DNA of 64,000 nt from Candidatus Dormiibacterota bacterium. Its GTDB lineage: Bacteria > Chloroflexota > Dormibacteria > Aeolococcales > Aeolococcaceae. The stretch spans positions 2,784,001 through 2,848,000 of the forward strand of contig OY970355.1 in assembly GCA_963718525.1 (NCBI GenBank), written 5' to 3'. The notes beneath the pieces are model-generated. The model made no database searches and was not told the origin of the DNA. It saw only the letters and a list, made by a program, of their open reading frames with translations. Each line of letters opens with the position of its first letter. Position 1 is the first letter of the stretch. Position numbers and translations under genes: made by a program. Shown here piece after piece: positions 49,737 to 60,483 of the stretch.

Positions 49737-52356
49737 TCAGGCAGAGATGACCGGGGTGCTACTGAGCACCTCGTCGAGCATGCGCAGGAACCGTTGCACC
49801 TTCACGGGTTTGGTCAAGTATGCGTGAGCACCAGCCGCAAGCAGCTGCTTGCGGCGGTGCTCGGTGGCGTCGGCGCTGCACATCACGACCGGTGTTCCGG
49901 CGGTGCGCGGATCGGCTCGCAGCTGTGCGAGCACCTCATCGCCCTGGATGTCAGGAAGGTGCAGGTCGAGCACGATCAGATCCGGATGATGCTCGCGCGC
50001 GAGCTCAAGGGTGAGGCCGCCCTGCATCGCCGTGAGCAGGTGAATATTCGGACGCATCGAGAACACCTCCTCCATCAATCCGATGGTTGCAAGGTTGTCC
50101 TCGACGTACAGGACCGTCCGCTGCGAGGTGAGCAGTGGGGTCACCACCTGAGGCTTGCGCCGCACCCGCGGCTTGGGCGCCGCGATCGGTGACCGGTTGA
50201 GCCTGATCCAGAACGTGCTGCCCACCCCGTGCTCGCTCTCCACGCCGATCGTTCCGTGCATGCCCTGAACGAGCTTGCGTGTCAACGCGAGTCCCAGGCC
50301 GGTGCCGGGGACCGCGGTTCGCTCAGCCCCAAGTCGCTCGAACGGCTGGAACAGCCGCGCCTTCTCGTCGTCCGTGAAGCCGGGACCGGTATCGCGCACA
50401 GCGAGACGGATGAAGTCACCGTTCGACCCTCGATCGCCCTCACGCGTCGCCTCGACATGGATGTGCGCGTCGGTCCCCGAGTACTTCACAGCGTTTGACA
50501 GCAGGTTCAGCAGCGCCTGCACGAGCCGTTGCCGGTCTGCCAGCACGTAGTCAGCCGCACACGCCCCCAGCGATCTCGTGATCTTGATGTGCCTGCTGAG
50601 CGCCGACGGAGCGACGAGCCGAACGCACTCCTCCACCGTTGCCTCGAGCGCGATCGGGTCGAGCGAGAAGGTCTCGCGACCCGAACTCGATCCGTGCGAT
50701 GTCGAGCACATCGTTGACCAGGCTGAGGAGGTGGCCGCTGGCCTCCTGCACCGCGGCGATCGCCTCGGTCTGGTCCTCGCGTGGTTCGCGCATCTCCAGC
50801 AGATCGCTGTAGCCGAGGATCGCGGTGAGCGGCGTGCGCAGCTCGTGGCTCATGCGCGAGAGGTACTCACTCTTGGCCTGCGACGCTTGTTCCGCCACGT
50901 CGCGTGCCTCGCGCAACTCAGACGCCGCAACCTTGTCGGCTGTGACGTCACGGCCGATCTCGATGACCGCTTCCGGCCAGCCGGCGCTGTCCTTCTGAAG
51001 TGCCCAGCGGACCGCGACGTTGATGCGGGCCCCCGACCTGGTGGTCTGAACGACCTCGCCCTCCCAGCGGCCGACGGCGCGGAGCACTGCCAGGATCGCA
51101 TCGCGGCTTTCGGGCAGCTCGGAATGCAGCAGCTCGCCGGCGTCACGACCGATCGCTTCGTTGCTGCTCCACCCGTACAGCTCCTCGGCCCCCTTGTTCC
51201 AGAAGGTGATCAGCTGCGTGCGCACATTCCAGGTGGTGACGGCGTCGTAGGCGAGGTCGAGGAGTTGCGAACTGCGCCGCATCCGCTCGACGAGCAGGAC
51301 GCGGTCGAGCGCGGGAGCAAGCGCCGTCCCGTACTGGGCCAGGCGCACCGCCTCGTCGTCCCCGAACAGCGGGGTGAGCGGCCCAGACGTGACCGCCATG
51401 ACGCCGCGGCTGAGTTGAGCCTCCAGGACGACCCTAATAACGCCGCGCGAGGTGGTCGGATGCGAGGTGAGTCGGGTTCCACTGGTCGTGGTCATCTCGG
51501 ACACGAGCTTCCAGCCGGCGGCTCGGTCGAGCCCGTGCACCGCCAGCACCTCACCGTCGTCCGTGGCGATCACCGCGCCGTCGGCTCCGACGAGGCGTGC
51601 AGCCCATTCGACCGCCCGCTCCGCCAGCCGCTGGCGGTCGGGAGAGTACAGGACCAGATCGGTGAACGCCTCGCGGAAATGGCCCTCCTCCCGCTGGCGC
51701 CAGAAACCGCGCAGCCAGCGCGGGGGCTCAAAGCCGACATAGAAGAACGGCAAGACAGCGAGACCCGGGAGCGCGATGGTGATTTCGGGACGATCGCGGC
51801 CGAATATGAGATCAGCGCCAGCTGACAGCACCAGGGCGACGATGACCCCCCCGTACGCGAGAGTGATCGAGCGCAGCCGGGCGCGCTGAACACGGGGCAT
51901 TGCCGCCGAGATCCCCCACAGCCTGAAGGCAGGCTCCACCACGCAGCCGAGCCAGGCGACCGCGAAACCCAGGACGATCACATGCTGGGTGGTGGTTTGG
52001 CCGCCGTTGAGGGAAATCCCTGTGAGGCAGACCACAACCATCGTCGCCACCACCACAGCGCTGAGCCCGACACTCACCAGCGCGGGCAAGCGCGTCATCG
52101 CGGCACGAAATCCAAAGAACGCCCAGCCTGAGGCGAGAAAGAGCGTGAGCGACAGGTCGCTGGTCCAGATCTCGCGGTCGCGGGTCAGCATTGTGGCAGC
52201 GAGCGCCACCCCGCACCCGCACAACAGCACGATCGAGAGTGCGAGAAGTGCGCGCGTTCGATCGCGCTGACGCAACCACCCTTCGACGGTGACTGCGCCC
52301 AGGAGGATGCAGGCGCCCCCCAAAGCCCACGACAGCGCTAGGGTCGCAGTGCTCAA
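49737..52356 (-). CDS. Membrane PAS hybrid histidine kinase with receiver domain, split by a 1-nt insertion at ~50684
   Basis: TM block, PAS (WNKGAEELYGW), SHELRTPL in one frame; NAVKY, GTGLGL and receiver in the next; joins as ARIESGRETFS. Confidence 0.88.
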
Positions 52357-52525
52357 GGCACCTTGCAGTATCAGCCCGAATCCGCGATTTGCCCCGCCTT
52401 CACTGATTTGTCAGATCTGGCACCGCGTTCCACACGGTTCCCAGAACCTCGGGCAGCCGCGAGCAACCGCGCACCGTCGCGCGCCCTGTGCCGATGCGCG
52501 GGCGCACTCTGACACACTGCGCGGC

Positions 52526-53386
52526 GTGTGGACTCGCGGTCTCGCGCGCTGGTACGAGGCGCACGGGCGGCATCACCTCCCTTGGCGCGGAACCAGAGAA
52601 CCGTGGGCAATCCTCGTCAGCGAGGTGATGCTCCAGCAGACACAGGTCGCGCGGGTCGTGCCTCGATGGGAGGCGTTCCTCGCCCGCTGGCCGACGCCGG
52701 ACGCGTGCGCCTCGGCCCCGCTCTCAGCCATCCTCCGTGAATGGCAGGGGCTCGGGTATCCGCGCCGGGCTCGAGCGCTCCATGACACCGCGGGCATCGT
52801 CGCCACCTCCGGGTGGCCGGATACCGAGACAGGGCTCCGATCGCTTCCGGGCGTCGGCCCCTACACCGCTCGGGCGCTCCGGGTCCTCGCCTTCGGAGCC
52901 TCGAGCGTCCCCCCTCAGGACGTGAACATCGCCCGGGTGACTGCCCGGGCAGCACTCGGCATCGAGCCCCACGCGGCGCGCCAACAATCCATCGAGGAGC
53001 GTCTCGCCGCCGGATGGCCCCGGGGTATGAGCCGGCGTGATTTCACCTATGCGCTCTTCGATGCGGGAGCGCTGCACTGCCGGGCGCGGCCGCTCTGCCA
53101 CGGATGCCCGCTCGCCACGACCTGCGCCGCACGGAGCAGCCTCGCCGGCTCGCCACCCCAGCGGAAGCGCCGGTCGCCGCGATACCGCGGCAGCACCCGA
53201 GAGCTCCGCGGTGCGGTCCTGCGCGCGATGCTCGCCGATGCCCCGCCCTCGACGCTCGAGGAGCTGCATGCGCGGACCGGACCTGCGGCCGACGGGCGTT
53301 CGGTCCGCGACATCGCCGTGGTGCTCGGCACCCTCGTCCACGAGGGATTGGTAAGTCCGGGCGCGAGCATCGTTAGGATCAAGTGA
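52526..53386 (+). CDS. mutY: A/G-specific adenine glycosylase (short form)
   Basis: LPWR, SEVMLQQT, GLGYPRRA, LPGVGPYTA, 4-Cys Fe-S motif. Confidence 0.85.
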   Translation: MWTRGLARWYEAHGRHHLPWRGTREPWAILVSEVMLQQTQVARVVPRWEAFLARWPTPDACASAPLSAILREWQGLGYPRRARALHDTAGIVATSGWPDTETGLRSLPGVGPYTARALRVLAFGASSVPPQDVNIARVTARAALGIEPHAARQQSIEERLAAGWPRGMSRRDFTYALFDAGALHCRARPLCHGCPLATTCAARSSLAGSPPQRKRRSPRYRGSTRELRGAVLRAMLADAPPSTLEELHARTGPAADGRSVRDIAVVLGTLVHEGLVSPGASIVRIK

Positions 53387-53387
53387 C

Positions 53388-54389
53388 GTGGCCACCTCCT
53401 CCGCGTATCTCGACACGGTCCGGCGCGAGCTCTGGGCGCGGGAGGTCTTCACGTTCATCCCCGATCGAGACCTGCCGCCTCCGCCCGAGAAGATCACCCC
53501 GGGCGACGGCCCGAGAGTGGCATTCGCCGGGTTCCCATCGGACTACAGCCTCGCGTTCCTGCTCCGGCTGCTCGAGCTCGACTACCAGCCGGTGGGCATC
53601 GTCACCTCGCCGGGGGCGCATCCGGCGATCCTCGGCGACAACGCGCTGAGCCGGATCGCCGATCATCTCGGCATCCCGCTGATCCGGGCGTGGCGCATCA
53701 ATGACGAGCATTCGCGATTCGAGCTGGAAGAGCTCGGCCTCGATGCGGTGGTGATGGCGAGCTTCGACCAGATCGTGGGACCGAGGGCGCTCGCAATCCC
53801 CAAGCACGGCTGGCTCAACGTGCATCCGAGCCTGCTTCCCGCGTACCGCGGTCCCGAGCCGGTGTACTGGGCCATCGCCGACGGGGTGCCGGTCACGGGT
53901 ATCTCCATGCATAAGGCCGCGCCGAAGGTCGATTCGGGGCCGATCCTTGCCCAGGCGAGGGTTCCGATCCTCCCCACCGACACGGCAGGGACCCTCACCC
54001 GGCGGCTGGCAGCAGCGGGGATGCCGCTGCTGCCTGAGGCGGTCGACCGCCTGCTCACCGATGCGCCAGGGATCGACGTCGACATGACGGCGTCGTCGTA
54101 CCGCACCTCGATCGGTCACCGGTCCCTCGACGAGGCGGCGTCCGCGGAGGAGGCTGAGCGAATGGTCCGAGCCGGAGCACCCAACATGCTCCCGTGGGTG
54201 ATGCGCGACGGCCGGGCCGTGTACGTCAAGTCCGCCCGGGTTGCGAACGGCACCTCACCCGATGGCGTGGCGGTCTTGCACTACCCGGCCGGAGACCTGC
54301 TGCTGCTCGAGACCATGGACACATGCGGCTGTCACCACAACACCAATGACTGTGCGCACCGGCGGTCGCAGGCGGTGACGGGTCGATGA
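53388..54389 (+). CDS. Formyltransferase family protein (Fmt-like)
   Basis: NVHPSLLPAYRGPEP, DSGPIL. Confidence 0.85.
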   Translation: MATSSAYLDTVRRELWAREVFTFIPDRDLPPPPEKITPGDGPRVAFAGFPSDYSLAFLLRLLELDYQPVGIVTSPGAHPAILGDNALSRIADHLGIPLIRAWRINDEHSRFELEELGLDAVVMASFDQIVGPRALAIPKHGWLNVHPSLLPAYRGPEPVYWAIADGVPVTGISMHKAAPKVDSGPILAQARVPILPTDTAGTLTRRLAAAGMPLLPEAVDRLLTDAPGIDVDMTASSYRTSIGHRSLDEAASAEEAERMVRAGAPNMLPWVMRDGRAVYVKSARVANGTSPDGVAVLHYPAGDLLLLETMDTCGCHHNTNDCAHRRSQAVTGR

Positions 54390-54445
54390 AAGGTGTGCGC
54401 TGACACGCCATACGCGTCGAGGATGGCGGTTATGATCCAGCCGCG

Positions 54446-54892
54446 ATGGTCGAAAACGGTGTTCCTTCTGTGCTCGTCGTTGAGGACGACGACGCCGTCA
54501 GGGGATTCCTGACCTACGCCCTGGAAAGCGGTGGGCACGCAGCACTCGGCGTGCGTACCGGCGAAGAGGCCATTGCGGCGCTCCGCGAAGCCCCGATCGG
54601 GGTGATTCTCATCGACGGGATTCTCCCCGACATGCACGGTATTCGCCTGGCGCGCGCCATCCTCGACGACGCGGCCCTCGAGGACGTCGCGATCACCTTC
54701 GTCACCGGCGCCATCCGCGATGGCCGTTCCCCCGTTGCCGGCATCGGCGCCCTCAGTAAGCCACTCCGAGCGCGCGACCTCAACGAGGCCGTCGACGTGC
54801 TGCTGCGCTGGCGGGCAGCGGGCGGCAGCCCGATCGCAGATCGCAGGTCCGCACTCGCGCTGCTCGAGCACATCTTCCTGGTCGGGGCGTGA
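54446..54892 (+). CDS. Single-domain response regulator
   Basis: VLVVEDD, IDGILPDMHG, SKP. Confidence 0.85.
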   Translation: MVENGVPSVLVVEDDDAVRGFLTYALESGGHAALGVRTGEEAIAALREAPIGVILIDGILPDMHGIRLARAILDDAALEDVAITFVTGAIRDGRSPVAGIGALSKPLRARDLNEAVDVLLRWRAAGGSPIADRRSALALLEHIFLVGA

Positions 54893-54926
54893 CCGCCGGT
54901 GTCGCGCGCGTGCGACCATCGCGACG

Positions 54927-55340
54927 ATGACTGAGCCTCGCACCCTCTCGCTCCTGCCCTGGCAGGTGACGCTCGACGAATTCAAGGAGAAGGCTGCTCA
55001 GGGCGCCTCCGACGCGGCATGTTGCGCGTTCGTGGTGGATCCATCGATTCCGCAGGCCGCGCGGGGCGGCTATGCCTCGCTTGTGATGGCGTATTCCCGT
55101 GCCGATGAGCCGGTGTGCGTGCTCGACGACGGCGCCGCGCTTGTCCTTGTTCTCGAGGGTGGCCTCGCCTCAGGCAAGGCCCTCGCCGAACGGGTGCTGG
55201 CGCAGATGCGACGCCTGGCCCTCGACATGACGCTCACCGCCGGGGTTGCATTGATCGGCGACGACCCGGCCAGCGCGGTGACCGCGGCGCGAGATTCCGC
55301 GACGTCCGTCGCGCCGGGAAAGGTCGGCTCTCAGGACTGA
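54927..55340 (+). CDS. Hypothetical protein, degenerate GGDEF-like fold
   Basis: SRADEP...ALAERVL...LTAGVA resembles a cyclase core without GGDEF. Confidence 0.5.
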   Translation: MTEPRTLSLLPWQVTLDEFKEKAAQGASDAACCAFVVDPSIPQAARGGYASLVMAYSRADEPVCVLDDGAALVLVLEGGLASGKALAERVLAQMRRLALDMTLTAGVALIGDDPASAVTAARDSATSVAPGKVGSQD

Positions 55341-57187
55341 CGCCGGACACGGTCAGGTCCGCTCAGACCTGCGGCAATGCGCCGCGGAAGCGGATCGCGT
55401 CGCAATTGCTCGAGGGTTCGCGGCAGCGGGATCGACCAGTTGGGCCGTGCCAGGTCGCCCGGAAGATTGGGACGGCGTTCCGCCAGCCCGGCGTCCTCGA
55501 GCGTGGCGACGACCAGTCGGCTCGGGGCGCGACCGAGGGCGGCGTAGGCGCGCTCCACGACCATTGACGGAGGGGCGTCGTCGCTCACGCCAGCGAGGCG
55601 CTTGAGTTTGCGACGCACGCCGAGCTCGGCGCGACGGCTCACCGGTCGGCCCGTGGCTTCTATCTCGGCGAGATCCGCCCCGGTCCAGACACCGGCCGCG
55701 GTCGGCAGGTCGTGGGTCGTCAGGGCGGCCAGAGCCTGCTCCGGGTACTTCTCCGGCGGCCTCGCCTCGAACCACGCCAGCCGGTAGGAGAGCAGGCCGC
55801 GGCGTCGCAACTCCGAGCGGACGCCGGATTCAACCGTGCCGAGGTCTTCGCCGACAACTCCGCAGCCAGCACGGATGCTCTCCAGCGCGAGGATGTCGAG
55901 CAACTCGCCCGCCGGATACCGCACATAGGCCCCGGCTCCTGGGCTGCCTGCGCCGAGCGGCACCCACCACAGGCGGAACAACCCCATCACGTGGTCGATG
56001 CGCAGCGCGATGCCGGCCGCCATCATCCGCCGCATCGTCGCGATCAGCGGCGCGTAGCCGGCTGCTCGCAGGCGACCCGGGTCGAACGGAGGAACTCCCC
56101 AATCCTGCCCGGCGGGATTGAAGTCGTCGGGCGGCGCGCCGATCCGGGCCTCGGAAGCGACGACGTCCTGCCACAGCCACGCATCGGCGCCATCCGGGGC
56201 GAAGCCGACGGCCAGGTCGTGGACCAGCGGCAGTGCCGCGCCGGCCCGCGCGAGCTGCGCGTCGAGCAGCCACTGGAGCCAGCGGTGAAAATCAACCCGG
56301 GAGCGCTCACGCGTGACGAGCTCGCCCAAAGCGCGTCCGTCAGGGCGTCGATACCGCGCGGGCCATGTCGTCCACGAGCCGGCGTGACGCTCGGCGAGCA
56401 CGCAGAAGCAGGCGTAGCGCTCGAGCAGCGATCCCTCGCGGGCAACGTAGGCATCGAAGCCGGCGTCGCCCCGGAAGCGCGACCACAGCGATTCGAGTGC
56501 CCGCAGCTTCAGCGGGACGATCGCGTTGCGATCGATGATCGGCGCGTCCCGCAGGTGCTCGGTATCCCGCATCACCTCCTGAACCACGTGATCGTCGCGC
56601 GAATCCGGGATGTCCTGAATCCGAAGGTACAACGGGTTGCGGTAGAGGCGGCTCGACGGGAAGTACGGGCTCGATTCCTGGGGCAACCCGGGCCGCACGG
56701 CGTGCAGCGGGTTGACCAGGAGCATCGCCGCCCCGAGCTTCCGAGACCACGTCCCGAGCGCGCGAAGGTCGCCGAGATCGCCGACCCCCCACCCCTGACG
56801 GGAGCGCACGGCGTACAGCTGCGCCGCCCAGCCCCACCCCCGGAGCGCGTCGGGAAGTGCGCACCGTCCTGGACTCGTCACCATCGCGAGGCGACGCCCA
56901 TCCCGCATGACCAGACGGTGATATCCATACGGGGCCTCGCGGGCGAGCACAGCGCCGCCGGGCAGCTCACCGCCGCCCTCAAGCTCGACGGTGCGCACGC
57001 CCTTCGGCAGCGGCGCGCCCGGCCGAACGAACGCGGGGGCCGTGTCGAGACCCTCGACCGGACGGATGCAGCCCTCCACCGCCCGCAACCGCTCGGCGCT
57101 GACCCTGCGGCGGGCGCCTGTCGCATCCACGTACTCTCTCTGGACTCCCCACGCGGGCTGGCCCCCTCTCCGAATGGCGCCGGTCAC
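55331..57187 (-). CDS. malQ: 4-alpha-glucanotransferase
   Basis: QLYAVRS, SPYFPSSR, GAPPD, RIDHVMG, GEDLG, THDLPT. Confidence 0.94.
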   Translation of the reverse strand: MTGAIRRGGQPAWGVQREYVDATGARRRVSAERLRAVEGCIRPVEGLDTAPAFVRPGAPLPKGVRTVELEGGGELPGGAVLAREAPYGYHRLVMRDGRRLAMVTSPGRCALPDALRGWGWAAQLYAVRSRQGWGVGDLGDLRALGTWSRKLGAAMLLVNPLHAVRPGLPQESSPYFPSSRLYRNPLYLRIQDIPDSRDDHVVQEVMRDTEHLRDAPIIDRNAIVPLKLRALESLWSRFRGDAGFDAYVAREGSLLERYACFCVLAERHAGSWTTWPARYRRPDGRALGELVTRERSRVDFHRWLQWLLDAQLARAGAALPLVHDLAVGFAPDGADAWLWQDVVASEARIGAPPDDFNPAGQDWGVPPFDPGRLRAAGYAPLIATMRRMMAAGIALRIDHVMGLFRLWWVPLGAGSPGAGAYVRYPAGELLDILALESIRAGCGVVGEDLGTVESGVRSELRRRGLLSYRLAWFEARPPEKYPEQALAALTTHDLPTAAGVWTGADLAEIEATGRPVSRRAELGVRRKLKRLAGVSDDAPPSMVVERAYAALGRAPSRLVVATLEDAGLAERRPNLPGDLARPNWSIPLPRTLEQLRRDPLPRRIAAGLSGPDRVRRQS

Positions 57188-57222
57188 GTCGGGAACCCGA
57201 GATCAGCGACCTGAGTGGAGCC

Positions 57223-59367
57223 ATGACTGTTCCAGAGCCCTCCGCCGCCGGACGCGCGCCCGACAGCCGGGCCGCGTGGCCGGGTACCGACGCGCCACTC
57301 GGCGCGACCTGGGACGGATCCGGCACCAATTTCGCGATCTTCTCGGAGAGCGCCGAGGCTGTCGACCTGGTGCTGTTCGACGAGCGTGGGGCGGAGCTGG
57401 CGACACACCCGCTCGTCGAGCGTACCGACCTTGTCTGGCACGGTTACATCGCCAACATCGGCCCCGGCCAGCGCTACGGCTATCGCGTCCACGGTCGCTA
57501 CGCGCCGCACGAAGGGCTCCGGCACAACCCGGCAAAGCTGCTGCTCGATCCATACGCTCGCGCCATCGCGGGGCGATTCCGCCATGGACGCTCGCTCTTC
57601 GGATACCGGCTCGGCAGTGACGACCTGCGCATCAGCGGTCTCGACTCCGCGCCGGCGATGCCACGTTGCGTCATCGTCGATCAGTCCTTTCCGTGGGGCG
57701 ATGACCGCCGTCCGAACACGCCATGGTCGGACACGATCATCTACGAGTTGCACGTCAAGGGATTCACCAAACGCCACCCGGACATCCCTGAAATCCTCCG
57801 CGGCACCTACGCGGGCCTCGCCCATCCCGCGGCGATCGAGCATCTCACGGGTCTCGGTGTCACCGCGGTTGAGTTGATGCCAGTGCATCACATCTTTGAC
57901 TCGGCGCAGCTCGTGGAACGCGACCTCGTCAACTACTGGGGCTACGACTTGATCGGCTACTTCGCGCCCGAGGGGCGCTACTCGTCGTCGGGGACCAACG
58001 GGGAACAGGTTCGGGAATTCAAGGCGATGGTGCGCGCCCTGCATGCCGCGGGTCTCGAGGTCATTCTCGACGTGGTGTACAACCACACCGGCGAGGGGAA
58101 TCATCTGGGGCCGACGTTGAGCTTTCGCGGCATCGACAACGCGTCGTACTACCGGCTCAACGACGACGACCCTCGCTTTTATTTCGATGTCACCGGGACC
58201 GGGAACAGCCTCAACGTCCGCAACCCCCACACCCTGCAGCTCATCATGGACAGCCTTCGGTACTGGGTCATCGAGATGCACGTGGATGGGTTCCGCTTCG
58301 ATCTCGCCTCCGCGCTGGCACGCCAGTTCTACGACGTCGACCGTCTCTCGGCATTCTTCGACATCATCCATCAGGATCCGGTCCTGTCGCGCGTCAAGCT
58401 CGTTGCCGAGCCGTGGGACGTTGGTGCCGGTGGCTACCAGGTCGGCAACTTTCCAGTGCGCTGGGCGGAATGGAATGGCGCATTCCGCGACACCGTGCGC
58501 GATTTCTGGCGCGGCGCCACCGGAATCCGTGACCTGGCGTACCGCCTCACGGGGTCAAGCGACCTGTACCAGGGTGATGGCCGGCAACCGTCAGCCAGCG
58601 TCAACTTTGTCACCGCACATGACGGCTTCACGCTCACCGACCTGGTCTCATACGACCACAAACACAATCTGGCGAACGGCGAGAACAACCAGGACGGCAA
58701 TGACGACAACCGCTCCTGGAACTGCGGCGTCGAGGGTGACTCCGACGACCCAGCGATTCTCGAGCTGCGAGCGCGCCAGCGTCGCAACCTCATCGCAACG
58801 GTCCTGCTGTCCGAGGGATGCCCGATGCTTCTCGGCGGCGACGAGATGGGGCGCACCCAGCGCGGCAACAACAACGCCTATTGCCAGGACAACGACGTGT
58901 CCTGGATCGACTGGGAGCACATCGACGAGCCCATGCTCGCGTTTGTCGCGAGGATCGTCGCGCTGCGTCGCAGCGATCCCGTGTTGCGCAGGCGAAACTT
59001 CTTCTCCGGTCAGGCCGTGCACGGATCCGGTCGCAAGGACATCGCGTGGTTCCTGCCGTCCGGACGCGAGGTCGGCGACAGTGAGTGGTTCGATGATGGG
59101 CAGCGATCGCTCGGGATGATCCTCAACGGCGACGAGATTCCAGACCGCGATCCTCGCGGCCGGCGCATTCGTGGCGGCACGCTCATGGTGTTGCTCCACG
59201 CGGGCGACGCACCGGTGCCGTGGGTCATCCCGAGTGGGTGGGGAGACCTGTGGTCGGTCTTTGCCGACACCGCCGAACGCGACATCACACCGTCGACGCG
59301 CCACCATCATGCCGGTGAGGAGATGACCGTGGCAGGACGCTCGCTGGTCGCGCTGCTGCGGGTCTGA
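57223..59367 (+). CDS. glgX: Glycogen debranching enzyme
   Basis: NYWGY, DVVYNH, DGFRFDLA, AEPWD, AHDGFTL. Confidence 0.96.
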   Translation: MTVPEPSAAGRAPDSRAAWPGTDAPLGATWDGSGTNFAIFSESAEAVDLVLFDERGAELATHPLVERTDLVWHGYIANIGPGQRYGYRVHGRYAPHEGLRHNPAKLLLDPYARAIAGRFRHGRSLFGYRLGSDDLRISGLDSAPAMPRCVIVDQSFPWGDDRRPNTPWSDTIIYELHVKGFTKRHPDIPEILRGTYAGLAHPAAIEHLTGLGVTAVELMPVHHIFDSAQLVERDLVNYWGYDLIGYFAPEGRYSSSGTNGEQVREFKAMVRALHAAGLEVILDVVYNHTGEGNHLGPTLSFRGIDNASYYRLNDDDPRFYFDVTGTGNSLNVRNPHTLQLIMDSLRYWVIEMHVDGFRFDLASALARQFYDVDRLSAFFDIIHQDPVLSRVKLVAEPWDVGAGGYQVGNFPVRWAEWNGAFRDTVRDFWRGATGIRDLAYRLTGSSDLYQGDGRQPSASVNFVTAHDGFTLTDLVSYDHKHNLANGENNQDGNDDNRSWNCGVEGDSDDPAILELRARQRRNLIATVLLSEGCPMLLGGDEMGRTQRGNNNAYCQDNDVSWIDWEHIDEPMLAFVARIVALRRSDPVLRRRNFFSGQAVHGSGRKDIAWFLPSGREVGDSEWFDDGQRSLGMILNGDEIPDRDPRGRRIRGGTLMVLLHAGDAPVPWVIPSGWGDLWSVFADTAERDITPSTRHHHAGEEMTVAGRSLVALLRV

Positions 59368-59370
59368 CGG

Positions 59371-60474
59371 TCAGGCGCGCTGCGCGCGCGTCCATTCGAT
59401 CTGATCCTTCAGCGTCGCGCGCTCCATCGCGCGCGACGCGACCTTGAGCCAGTCGGGCGACCGTTTGGCGAGGTCAGCACTGACCGCGCCGATCCGCCGC
59501 GATCCTGAGCCGATATGCACGTTGGCGGTCTCGGCACCCATCGCGTGCAACAGGTCGGTCTGATCAGCGGCAAGACGGGCAACCGTGAATTCGATGCGGC
59601 TGCAGTCGGGGGCGAGCCGGCGAAGCACCCAGCGGCCGCGTACTTCCAGGAATGGGTCGGCACATCGAACCGCGCGCCGGACGATCGTCGGGTAGTGGAT
59701 CGCGACCGCCCCGGAACTCCCCGCGCTCCAGGCGACGGCTGACGCGACGACCTCCTTGACCTCTCGCGCGATCCAACCGCCGGAGTGCTCGGCGAACGCA
59801 ACGATGCGCGGGTGCCCGAGGCTCCCGAGTCCTGCGCGCCGGGTGACATAACGAGGATCCTCCCCACGGCGAAACTGGCGACGCAGAAGTGAGACGGCCG
59901 CGGGCGACAGGCGGCGAGCGCGCGGAAGATCGATCATGGCCGTCCAGAAGCGCACGGGGTCTCGCAACTCCAACTCGGCATCGCGGCGGAGCACGTGGTG
60001 GTGCTCGGCGAGGACGAACGGCCGGCCGCCACTCTTCATCGACGAGCGGTAGCCCTCGAGGATCGCGTTGCAGGCAGCGCGAGGGGTCAGGATCAGGGTT
60101 CCCGCGGCGATCGAGAGCCGCGCGGAGGTCGCCAGGCGCACCAGGTCGTTCGCGTAGGCCATGGGAAACGCCTCGTCGAAATCGTTGATGCCCCAGATCA
60201 GACGGCCCTCGGTGTCGCGCCAGGTTCCGAAGTTCTCGGTGTGCAGGTCGCCCACGGCCAGGACCTTCGGTGCGCTCGCAAGCTCCGGACATATCGCCGC
60301 CCACACCTGGACCCATCGATAGAAGGTGGCGCGGAGGAACGGGAACGGCGCCAGCGCCATCTGCTCGTGCTTGTACGCGAGGTCCGACCTGACCACCTGC
60401 AGCTGCCGGCCCACCCACGCCTCGTAGCTCCGTGTCGCCGCGACGATGGGCACGAGCCGCGAATTTGGGGCCAT
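59371..60474 (-). CDS. DUF2252 family (kinase-like) protein
   Basis: PFLRAT, GDLHTENFG, INDFDEA, GLGSLG; start 60474 or 60453. Confidence 0.82.
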   Translation of the reverse strand: MAPNSRLVPIVAATRSYEAWVGRQLQVVRSDLAYKHEQMALAPFPFLRATFYRWVQVWAAICPELASAPKVLAVGDLHTENFGTWRDTEGRLIWGINDFDEAFPMAYANDLVRLATSARLSIAAGTLILTPRAACNAILEGYRSSMKSGGRPFVLAEHHHVLRRDAELELRDPVRFWTAMIDLPRARRLSPAAVSLLRRQFRRGEDPRYVTRRAGLGSLGHPRIVAFAEHSGGWIAREVKEVVASAVAWSAGSSGAVAIHYPTIVRRAVRCADPFLEVRGRWVLRRLAPDCSRIEFTVARLAADQTDLLHAMGAETANVHIGSGSRRIGAVSADLAKRSPDWLKVASRAMERATLKDQIEWTRAQRA

Positions 60475-60483
60475 GATCTCGCG

